A stretch of 64,000 nt of DNA from Lytechinus pictus (Eukaryota). Position numbers and translations under genes: made by a program. Numbering within the stretch: the stretch's first letter is position 1; every line of letters starts with the position of its first letter. Shown here one piece after another: positions 11,558 through 22,997 of the stretch. The stretch spans positions 13,454,001 through 13,518,000 of the forward strand of contig NC_087246.1 of NCBI RefSeq assembly GCF_037042905.1, given 5' to 3'. The notes beneath the pieces are model-generated. The model saw nothing but the letters and a program-made list of their open reading frames with translations. It was not told the DNA's origin and did not search any database.

Positions 11558-12932
11558 ACATACCTTCTTTCCATGGACAGTGATTACTCTACATCTTTCG
11601 TGAGCTTGGACACTGTGCTTTTATAATTGGACTGGCCATATTATGTGATTATGAAGAACATTCTATCAGGACTTTTATACATTTCATCACTTGATGTTGT
11701 TAGCCGATATGGACAGCCTGCTTACTTGGTCTTATATGTACTTTTGTGTTATGTTTATTTGCAGGTATATTTCTGTTCAATCAGGAAGGTTAGGAGTGCC
11801 ATGTAAATTTTATGACTTGTAATTTTCTGTCAGGATATTTTATTATAATTATTTGCAGGTATTTTGGGGTTCAATGATTTTTTGTATACAGTATAGTATG
11901 TTATTTTGATTGATCACAATAAACAGTTTCATGATGTAATTTGTGATGTGCTTTGGGTGAGTGATTCTGCCAGTTATGAGTGTTGTTGATTTTGTGGATG
12001 TGTATTTTTATGACGTTATACTGGACAGGTGATGATTATCTGACATTTGCTGATTCTTTAATGTGTGTCTACAGTGATATTTGAGAAGATGATTTGTGTT
12101 GTTTTGATATTAGTTAGTATACTTTTGTTCTGAATAATGATTTATATGCCTTGTTTTCAGACATTGTATAACTTGTGTGTATCATGCATTATACCTAGTA
12201 ATGTTACTCAGTTCCTTGTGTCAATTTTATGTAGTTAAACAGTCATATGTTGTGGGTAAGTGGCTGTTTCCTCTATTTGATCCATTTCCGTTTTTGCAAG
12301 TATTTTCTTATCTCATTGAGATGGTATGAGACTGCTCATAATTCAGTAATTTTTGTCCTGTTTTTTTGTGCCATCCTTTTTTATCATACACAGATGTTTT
12401 TGCTATTTAGGGTGACACCGTTCAACTGTGCATTTAATCTCTTTGCTATGTGGAAACTTTGCACTGAGGTCATTGTATTGCTTTTTGTTTTATTTGCCAA
12501 TATGCATGTTTTCTTTTTTAATGCAGGTTTATGCTTGTTTAATTTGTGTCGAGAATTGGCTATTAGTGCACAGCCTTAATTGAGCCTTGTGTTTTGGAGT
12601 AGTTTTGGGTCCAATTTTTGCAATCCGCTGTCTAGACGGGGATAATGATTTGCTGTCAATCCGTTTGTAAGCCCACCTATGTTTTTCGTCAATTTATATG
12701 ATGGAGAGAGATGAGAAGTGGTGCTGCCATTTGATGTTTTTTTTAAATTGTGACCTTTGTTGTGGTATGCCTGTTTAGTATTCAACTTGTTATGATACAT
12801 TGGTGCCTATATTTATGTCTTACACCAGTGAAGGTCTAACCCTTTTTATGTAATAGTGATTTAATTACGAATCATCATGATTTTGTCATACAGTTTTTGT
12901 TTTAAAAAGATGGGAAAAGTAAAAGGCAGTCA

Positions 12933-13110
12933 CGCCAGTGTGTTGTTATCGTATTATACTGATGATTCGATGTTGCAACCGCAAAGTGTAAGCGCGCCAC
13001 CTTGTGTTGGTCTATTGGCCATGGTTATTAAAGACAGTTACACGTAACCTCAAAGTTGTCTAGTATATTTACTTCTTGTATATTAAGTTGTGCCTTATTA
13101 ACCCATGGCG
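12933..13110 (+). repeat. 3' LTR (178 bp)
   Basis: Starts CGCCA and ends TGGCG; contains ATTAAA; preceded by AAAAAGATGGGAAAAGTAAAAGGCAGTCA. Confidence 0.75.
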
Positions 13111-16100
13111 CAGACAACTCTTTGATTCATTGACGTCTTGAAAGTCATAGTATTCTTTTAGTATCCCGTAAGTATCCTTTTCAAATCTTAAAAACCTTAA
13201 TAAAGAGCAATTTAGCTATCGTCATTCGATTTGGAAGTAGAACTGACAGTTCGTACATATTGTGATGAGGTATATAGACAAATAATCTTTATTTCCCGTA
13301 CCTCTTCCATTTTGTAATAATATGCGATTTCTTTCGTCATTCTAAAAGATTGACAGTTAAGTTTTTCTTGTATTTGTAAAGAAAAATCAAAATTTTTTGG
13401 AAAAAGTTTGATTGCTAATGAGAATACTTTATTGTAATGTTAAAAGTATATATGTAGATTTGAGAGAATACTGCATGAGAGTAATTACGGAATATCGAAG
13501 TGAAAAATTGTGGCTTTCTTTAAAATTTCACAAGTTTATTTGTTAAATTTAATGTCTCCCCTTGCATTACCTGCTCATAATGAATTTCTCATTTACTGTG
13601 GGGGGGGGGGGGGGGAGCTTTCTTGGGATTCATTTGATTGTTTATATATTATGGTTTTGAAAACTCAATCCTTAATCTTTAAAAAGACCCAGAGCTATCA
13701 TGTAACAACAACAACTTTAATAATACAACAAGTTGATAGGAATTAATATAAATTGTTTCTGATCGTTGGATGATACTCGACTATTAATTACCCTGTAACA
13801 AAATTTTACGAAGGCTTTAAATTATCTTTCTATATTATTTTTCACTGAGCAGCAGACATACCCCCACCTCTGATTCATCGTTCAAGGGCTTTCAAGAAAC
13901 ACTATAAAAGCAATCGGTAGGCCTACCAAAATTGATTGAAGAGATACATTACCACGGTAAGTAATAAAACTTATATTTAAATAAATAGTTTCTTATAAAA
14001 CAGAGGTTTGCCATTTGAATGTAGGAATCCCTTATTGGGACAATAATTCATTATCATTTTTAATAGATATTCAATAAGACCCACTTTGAAAGATATAAGA
14101 ATAATATTTTAGAGGAAAGATACCCCATGATGTGTTGTTTTTATAGGCAATTTAAAAGCATCGTAATTAAACATACTTTAAGATGTTGCCACTTGGCGTT
14201 TGATATTTTAAAAAAGGTTATTAGATTAATTTATTTTAAATTTGTGACACCATATGCGAGCAACTTCCCCATATATATTGTAGTAAAAAAATAATTAAAT
14301 GTCATTTTCTAACGAAAGAAAATGCTTTTTATTGTACCTTAAGAACATAAGCTGACATTTTCTTCCCCAGCTTCTGAAATATTATTTTGGGGCATCATGC
14401 TCGTGTACCATTAAAATTGAAATATATGCGTTTCATATTCCATAACATATGGGTAGCTGCCCATATATGAGATCACAGTGAAAATTCGAATTCTAATAAT
14501 TTTTTTAATCTTTAATAGATTTACTTAAACTTTAAGCAATATTCTTTGCATGTTTCAAAGGTATTTTTACAAAAGAAAACACATTTTTCAGGGTGAACTT
14601 CCCCGATTTATGTCTCTCTCTCTCTCTTTATAACGAATTGTATTTTTATTTCCTCTCATCTCCTTTCCCTTCCTTTTCTTTCAACTGGTTGGCCGATCGA
14701 AGATATAAGTTGGAAGTTCACCCTGACAATTTTTTTATTGTACAAATGGCAGGAAAATGATCAAGAATATTAAAGGTTTGACGAAAATTCATCAAAATAA
14801 CGAAAAAACCCACCAAAGTTAATAGAATGGCACTTAAACACAAATTGTGACGTCATATATCTTTTGGTAGGAAAATGAATGAAATATCATTTTCTAAAAA
14901 AATAAATGAAAATGCTTTGTTGGCACTTTATACATAATAGCTGACATTTTTTTTCACCCCCATTCAAACAAATATTTTAGTCATCATGAACCATTAAATG
15001 TAAATTATGGATTTTATATTACAATATGGAGTAGCTGCTCGTATATGAAGTCAAATTAACAAATTTAAACTCTAAAAACTTACGTAATCTTTTATGGATT
15101 TTTCCTCAAACCTTCCCCAATATTTCTATTTTTTTATTCAGGGTGAACTTCCGCTTTAAGATTTGTGTCTTATTTTAGAAGGATATGACTTCTTATTTCC
15201 TTTTCCATCATTTGCATCTCTTTCCTTCTTCCTTTACTTCATCATTTCTTTTTTTTTCTTCCCTTTCTCTCCCTTTCCCCTCCCTTTTCTTTCACCTCTC
15301 CCTTTACATCTCCCTTTTATGGGGGGGGGGGGGTGGAACCAGGCCCCTTCAGCCCCCAAGGATCCCCAAAACACTTACGATGAGGCGGCATATGATAAAA
15401 AGGTTGCGTGTTATTTGATATAAATACAATTTTGAATATTTTGATATTTTTAAACACAATTTTCATGCATGGAATGGGCTGACAATTTTGGGATATAATT
15501 TTTGTATGTAGCCTTAAGATGTTTAAGGTGGTCAAAAGGGGAGGGGATATCAAAGGAAAAATATAAGCATTATAAAGAGAGAGCTTTCTGAAAGTATCAG
15601 TCATCAAAGAAGAAAAAAGGCCAATACATCTTCGTGAAATCGTAACATTATATTGTACTGAACTATTAATGACCTTGTACAAAAGTTTAACATAGGCTTT
15701 AAATCTCTAATTACAGATTTTCCTTCGTTATTATTTTTTTCAGCTGCAGAATTACCCCCATCTCTGTTTTATTGTTCAGGGGCTTCCAAGAAGCAACACA
15801 TTTAATCAATTCAATTCAAATTGTTTGAAGGGACATTATCACGGACGTTACAGAAGTTATACTAAAATAAAAAGTTTCTAAATAGATGAATATTTGCCAC
15901 TTGAATATAGACATTTCTTGTTTCAACAGGAATCTATTTGTGATAGAAATTCCATAGGACCCACTGAAAAAAATCTAGTATAATGATTTAGAGGAATCCA
16001 CTTCATATACGTTTTTTACAGGCATTTTTTAAAGTATCCTAATAAGTCTTTACTAAAGATGCTGTTACTATGTGTTCGTTCATATTCTTTGATGTATTAA

Positions 16101-16784
16101 CCAAATGAATAAGTATTATGTGACTACTTAATCGAAATATGGCAATTTTTGTGTCGAAAGTAACCATATCACTCTGTAACCTTTATGGCAAAGACTAAAG
16201 AAAATCCCATCGAGATGGATTGAGTACCCTAAAATAGACTTTGACTATAATTTCCCGTCCTACCTGTTAACAGTGTAGATCTATTCATTGATAAGTGTCA
16301 CCCAGCTGGACGAGTATTGTCATTCTTTCTATTGTGTTCTTGTCTCCATGTCACTATTCAAAGCCGAGAGATGACCCGTCCGTTGTGACTGGTGAACGAC
16401 CTGCCATTGATAAGCAGCGGACAATGGCCAAAGATCCTCCTATTGGTCAGACTTTGTGATGGTTGAACTTGACAGATAGAAGCCCGGGATTAGCGGCATA
16501 GGATCAAGATCAGACGGATCTCTGATCTTACCGGCTCATTAAGTCATCCAGTGGTAGATGAAAGGATTCATGAACGAGTTTGGTCAGTTAGGATAAATAG
16601 CTATCAAATTCTCGACATAACATCATTTATGCTTTGAGCTTTCGCCAGTGCACAACTACTACAACTAGCCCTGAACACTATCATTATTGGTCAGCATTAC
16701 TTCATGTTATAAGAGTATATCATTACAACTATACACCTTTGCATCTGTCTTGGACTTGATTAAGTGGAATATTATATTGGCAGC

Positions 16785-17649
16785 ATGGCTTCTCTGACTT
16801 CAAAGTACTTACAGGTATGTACACATAGACATTAATTGTCGTTTCTCTCTTACAATATCAAATCTTACTTCTTTGGTTTCTCAAACAAGCTCAACTAAAT
16901 GAAACTGTACAATTGTATAATAAGTCATAATATGTAGTTTATGGATATTACGGTTTCATTAAACTAATTTTGATTTCTCCCTCTTTTCTCTATTTTTTCA
17001 GCTCCCTGATGCTAGCTCGTGTGATATTGGCAAACCAAGTCCACTGGCCATGTTAGCTGCTACCTGTCGAAAGATTGGCACATCACCAGGCGTGTCTTCT
17101 CGTCGAGTGCCGAGGATACCTTCACCACAACCCCAGCTCACTCCCTTGTCGACGACCTCGCCTGTTTCTACATCGTCGTCCTGTTCGTATCTTCCACCTA
17201 CTCCACCACCGTCACCACACATGACATCGTCATCTCCAGCGTTGTCGGTATCACCTGAGCCTACCGAGTTTTCACCTCTCCGATCAGTTAGCCCGATCAT
17301 CCCTGGTCATCAGCCATGCTACTATTCTCTATATCAACCTGTTATGCGGTACTCTCCTTACTCTACTACACCTCTATCAAGACCAAGAGTACCACCATCA
17401 TCCATGAGCTACCATCTAGCTACCACTCCATACTCATCGTGTACTCCTGTGGTTGTACGAGTACCAACATTCAACCACACGCTTTATTCATCATCGTCAC
17501 CACCCATGTTCGGGGTCTACCCTCATCACGATCAACCCATCCATGCTACGACGTCGTCAATGAAGGTCCGTTCTACAAGGAATCGACGATCACGCCGAGT
17601 GGTAATCAAGGATGAGGAAGAGGAGATCATCGACGTCGTATCACTTTGA
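16785..17649 (+). CDS. Sp5-like Sp-box protein lacking zinc fingers, copy 3 (225 aa); exons 16785-16814 and 17002-17649
   Basis: MASLTSKYLQ|LPDASSCDIGKPSPLAMLAATCRKIG; 187-bp GT-AG intron; intact frame; AATAAA at 17745. Confidence 0.85.
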
Positions 17650-20600
17650 AGTGAAGAGTGTGGACTTAATTATGATTTTGTAAACATGAATTATATATTT
17701 GATATTTGAAGTCGCTTGTGGCGTTCCTGTTGCATCAATTGTGAAATAAATCTGTTTGAAAGTGCACATCATTTGTCTTAAAATGACTTTGATTTTGTTT
17801 TCAATCTATTTAGAAGAAGGGCGCAATTGCGGTTGTATAAATAATTATGATGGGTGGTTTGCTTTTTCTTGTTTGTGTTTATAGTTGTTGGAGTGAAATG
17901 TGATATTGGGCGAGTGGAGAGGGGGGGGGGGGGTAGAGATAGTATGTTTGAGTGTGTGAGGAGAGGGCCAATGAGAAGAGATTCATAGGGTTTCGTTATT
18001 TTGTATGACAGTAGCATGATGCTAAAAAAAGAGGTAGAGAGAGAGAGAGAGAGAGAGAGCGCGTATGATATGAGAGGATAAGGAGAAGAAAAATCATTTA
18101 GAGATGAGACATAAAGCAAGATACGTGAGGTGAGGGTGTAAAATAGGAAGGGATTTTGTGTGATTCACGTTACAGAATCAAAGTATATTAGAAAATATAT
18201 TTTCATTCAAATGAAACTAAGAATGGTAATCACGTATTCCAGTGTTAACCATATCTAGCCCGATTGACGGTCTATGCGAATTTACAATAGCCTGTGCTGT
18301 ATAGGGTTAAGACAAGTTGCACGTAATTTCTTCTTGATTTTTTTATCCACATTTTCCCCGGTTGGAAAATCGAAGACATAAGTTGGAAGTTCACCCTGAC
18401 AATATTTTTAATTGTAAAATTAGCAGGAAATTGATAAAGAATATTGTTAAGGCTTGAGGAAAACTCTTCAATATTAAAAAGTTATTAGAATGACACATAA
18501 ACAAAAATTGTGTCGTCACATGCAAACAGCTTCCCGATATATCTTGCAGCAAGAAAATAAATGAAATTTTATTTTCTATAAAAGAAAAAAGATGAATATG
18601 TTTTTTATTGCACGTTAACATAAAAGCTGACATTTTCTCCACCCCTCTCCCAAAGACTTAAAAAATCAACATGAACCATTGAATTAAAATGTATGCATTT
18701 TATATTATATAAGATATAGGGTAGCTCCTCATATATGACGTCACATTGAAAAATTCTTAATCTTTGATGGATTTTTCGTCAAACCTTCGTCAATAATTTT
18801 ACTTTTTTTTTTTTTACTAAGGGTGAACTTAAAGATTTGTGTCTTTTTTAGAAGGATGTTACTTATTATTTCTTTTTCCATCATTTGCATCTCTTTCCCC
18901 CTTCCTTTACTTCCCATCCAATATCTTTTTTTCTTCTCATTTTTTCTCTTTCCCCTCTCCCAGTACATACTCTTTTTTTTAGAGGGGGGGGGGGGGGTTT
19001 ATAATTACGGTAAAGCCTCGTCAATTCAATGCAGGCATCAAAATACAGCCCCCAAATCTACATATTTTTTCCCTCTGTACAAACGTCGACATTTTATCTA
19101 TTGAAGCCCCCTCCCCCGATAAATCTGTGAGGTTGCCCTTTAAATAATCGCCTCGTATATCCTGATGTATCTGAATAATGATCACTCTTCCCAATATCAT
19201 TAGGTCTATTGTCCGGTCATCAAGATGGTCCATCCTTCCTATAGAATGGATTATCTATCAGGTCATTGGTCAGTGTCCTGTCACTGTAGACCAGTCTGGA
19301 CAATGGTCAAGGGTCTTTTGATTGGTCAATCATTTGATTGATAAACTTGGTTTTAAGCTAACGGGAAGTCGGAAAAGATCAGAAAACTCTTTGATTCATT
19401 GACGTCTTGAAATTCATTTAGTATTCTTTTCATATACCTTTAGTACCCTTTTCAAGCCTTTAATATCTTAATTAAGGGCAAATTAGCTATCGTTACTCGA
19501 TTTGGAAGTAGAATTGACAGTTAGTACATATTGTGATGAGGCATATAGAAAAGTAGTTTTTATTCCCCGCTTCCATCTATTCATAATATGCGATTGTTTT
19601 CGCCATTCTAAAAGATTGACAGTTTTAGTTTTTCATGGATATGTAAAGAGAATTCAACATTCTTTGAAAAAGTTTGATTGCTTCAGATCTATTTGATTGG
19701 TTGCATATTATGTTTTTGAAAATCGAATCCATAAATCATTGAAATAATAAAGAGCTATCAAGTTACTAGCAACAACTATCGAAGACAAAAAGTTCATACA
19801 GTAATAATTCGTTTCTGATCATTTGATGATATTTGACTATTAATAACTCTGTAACGAAGTTTTGCATAGTCTTTAAATGTGTAATTACAGATTATCCTTC
19901 GATATCATTTTTCAGCTGTAGACTTACCCCACCTATGATTTAGTGTTTAGGGGCTTCCAAGAAACAATAAAAAAAAATTGGGTAGGCCTACCAAATTTGT
20001 TTGAAGAGATATATTATCACGTTAGGTTTATCAAAATAAATCGTTTCTTACAAAATAGTTTTGGGGGCAATTTGAATATTAGGCATAATCCCTTATTTTT
20101 ACAATAATCTGGTAATTTTTTATAGAAATAGAGCTTTTTTCTCTCCCTCTCTATCTCTCTCTGCTATGATTTCCCTCTATCTTCTTCACTCACTTTCCTT
20201 CTCTACTTTGTCCACTTTTGTTTCTATCCAACTAATTCTTTCTCTTCTTGCTTGCAAGGTCTCTTCCACCTATCTCTTAGTTAACTCTCAGCCGTTTCTC
20301 ACTCCTTGTCTTTAATTGGTAAATTATTTGACATCTCCCTTCTATGTTGTATTGAATATATGTTTGAATTGTTTATGTATATTTTCTGTCAATATATTCG
20401 CCCAATGTATATGTCGTTTGTGTTTGTATATATACTTTATATCATTTGTATGTACAGCCAGTGGAGGCCAAATTTATATGTATTTTATCATGGATCAACA
20501 ATAAATGAATCTGAATCTGAAAGATTTAAAAATAATGTTTTAGAGGACAGATACCCCATGATACGGTGTTTTTGATAGGCAATCCAAAATCATCGTGATT

Positions 20601-21349
20601 AAATATGTTTTAAGATGTCACTGAGTGTTTGATCTAATTAGTCTCTGATAAACGAATAAAAAAAAGGTATTTTGTTAATAATTAATCGAAGTGTACGAAT
20701 TTATATATACTAAGAAAATCTCACTAAGTTGAATTCAATGCGTAGTACCTGGGTTGAGAACCCTAAAAGCGTAAAACCATAGAGCTATTTCGATTCTTAT
20801 TTCCTGTCCTACCCGTTAACAGTGTAGATCTGTTCATTAATAAGTGTCACCCAGCTGGACGAGTATTGTCATTCTTTCTATTGTGTTCTTGTCTCCATGT
20901 CACTATTCAAACCCGAGAGATGACCCGTCCGTTGTGATTGGTAAACGACCTGTCATTGATAAGCATCGGACAATGGCCAAAGATCCTCCTATTGGTCAGA
21001 CTTTGTGATGGTTGAACTTGACAGATAGAAGCCCGGGATTAGCGGCATAAGATCAAGATCAGACGGATCTCTGATCTTACCGGTTCATTAAGTCATCATG
21101 ACTATTGATATCCAGTGGTAGATGAAAGGATTCATGAACGAGTTTGGTCAGTGAGGATAAGTAGCTATCAAATTCTCGACATAACATCATTTATGCTTTG
21201 AGCTTTCACCAGTGCACAACTACTACAACTAACCCTGGACACTATCATTATTGGTCATCAGTACTTCAGGTTATAAGAGTATATCATTACAACTATACGC
21301 CTTGGCATCTGTCTTGGACTTGATTTAAGTGGAATATTATATTGGCAGC

Positions 21350-22244
21350 ATGGCTTTCCTGACTTCAAAGTACTTACAGGTATGTACACATTGACATTAA
21401 TTGTCGTTTCTCTCTTACAATATCAAATCTTACTTCTTTGGTTTCTCAATCAAGCTCAACTAAATGAAACTGTACAGTTGTATAATAAATATTAAAAGCG
21501 TAGTGTGTTTGATAATGAGTCATGACATGAAGTGTATGGATATTTCGGTCTCATTGAACTAATTTTGATTTCTCCCTCTTTTCTTTCATTTCTCAGCTCA
21601 CTGAAGCTAGCTCGTGTGATATTGGCAAACCAAGTCCACTGGCCATGTTAGCTGCAACCTGTCGAAAGATTGGCACATCACCAGGCGTGTCTTCTCGTCG
21701 AGTGCCGAGGATACCTTCACCACAACCCCAGCTCACTCCCTTGTTGACGACCTCGCCTGTTTCTACACCATCATCCTGTTCGTATCTTCCACCTACTCCA
21801 CCACCGTCACCACACATGACCTCGTCATCTCCAGCGTTGTCGGTATCACCTCAGCCTACCGAGTTGTCACCTCTCCGATCAGTTAGCCCGATCATCCCTG
21901 GTCATCAGCCATGCTACTATCCTCTATATAAACCTGTTATGCGGTACTCTCCTTACTCTTCTACACCTCTATCAAGACCAAGAGTAAAACCATCATCCAT
22001 GAGCTACCATCTAGCTACCACTCCATACTCATCGTGTACTCCTGTGGTTGTACCAGTACAAACATTCAACCACACGCTTCATTCATCATCGTCACCACCC
22101 ATGTTCGGGGTCTACCCTCATCACGATCAACCCATCCATGCTACGATGTCGTCAATGAAGGTTCGTTCTACAAGGAATCGACGATCACGCCGAGTGGTAA
22201 TCAATGATGAGGAAGAGGAGATCATCGACGTCGTATCGCTTTGA
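21350..22244 (+). CDS. Sp5-like Sp-box protein lacking zinc fingers, copy 4 (225 aa); exons 21350-21379 and 21597-22244
   Basis: MAFLTSKYLQ|LTEASSCDIGKPSPLAMLAATCRKIG; 217-bp GT-AG intron; ends INDEEEEIIDVVSL*; AATAAA at 22340. Confidence 0.85.
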
Positions 22245-22519
22245 AGTGAAGAGTGTGGACTTTATTATGATTTTGTATACATGAATTATATATTTGAGAT
22301 TTGAAGTCGCTTGTGGCGTTCCTGTTGCATCAATTGTGAAATAAATATGTTTGAAAGTGCACATAATTTGTCTTAAAATGACTTTGATTTTGTTTTCAAT
22401 CTATTTAGAAGAAGAGCGCAATTGTGGTTGTATAAATAATTAAGATGGGTGGTTTGCTATTACTTGTTTGTGTTTATAGTTGCTAGAGTGATATTGGGCG
22501 AGTGGAGGGGGTGGACATA

Positions 22520-22997
22520 AGGTGGTTTCAGACCGCCTCGAAGTTCGCCAGTCCCAGGTATTCTCTGATCGGGAAATTTACCCCGATCAGAAAATACCAG
22601 GTATTTTGGCGGTGTGAAAGCAAACTACGCGTAATATCCCCGAAAGAAAATACCCGATAAATAGTAGGTACTTGGCGAAATTACGAGAACTTTCGCGGGG
22701 ATTTTTCCAAGGTCGTGGGTATTTTGGCGGTCTGAAAGCAAATTACGGGAACTTTTAGCCCAGCGTGTCGTTGGGTGCGGCGCCGTGCATGGGTTGCTGC
22801 TGGGCTAGTGATTTTGAATTTCGCGCCTTGCTGCTTATCAGACCATACTGCGCATGCTCGTAACTTCAGGAACTTATCCCGAAGGGTATGTTTCAGGGCG
22901 GTGTGAATGCAGGAATAATTAATGGGTATTTTTCAGCCTAAAAAAGTTCTCGTAATTTAACGGGGATTCTTGTGATCGAGGCGGTTTGAAACCACCT
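22520..22997. mobile_element. MITE, probably PIF/Harbinger-like
   Basis: TIR AGGTGGTTTCAGACCGCCTCGA / TCGAGGCGGTTTGAAACCACCT with 3-bp TSD ATA; absent from the paralogous site downstream of copy 3 (~17940). Confidence 0.85.

Larger units (their letters stand above)
9376..13110 (+). mobile_element. Internally deleted Ty3/Gypsy-like LTR retrotransposon
   Basis: 89-bp direct repeat at 9376-9464 and 12933-13021 (1 mismatch); 178-bp 3' LTR preceded by a purine-rich tract; CAG duplicated at both junctions; paralogous empty sites at ~7911, 19376 and 24426. Confidence 0.8.
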
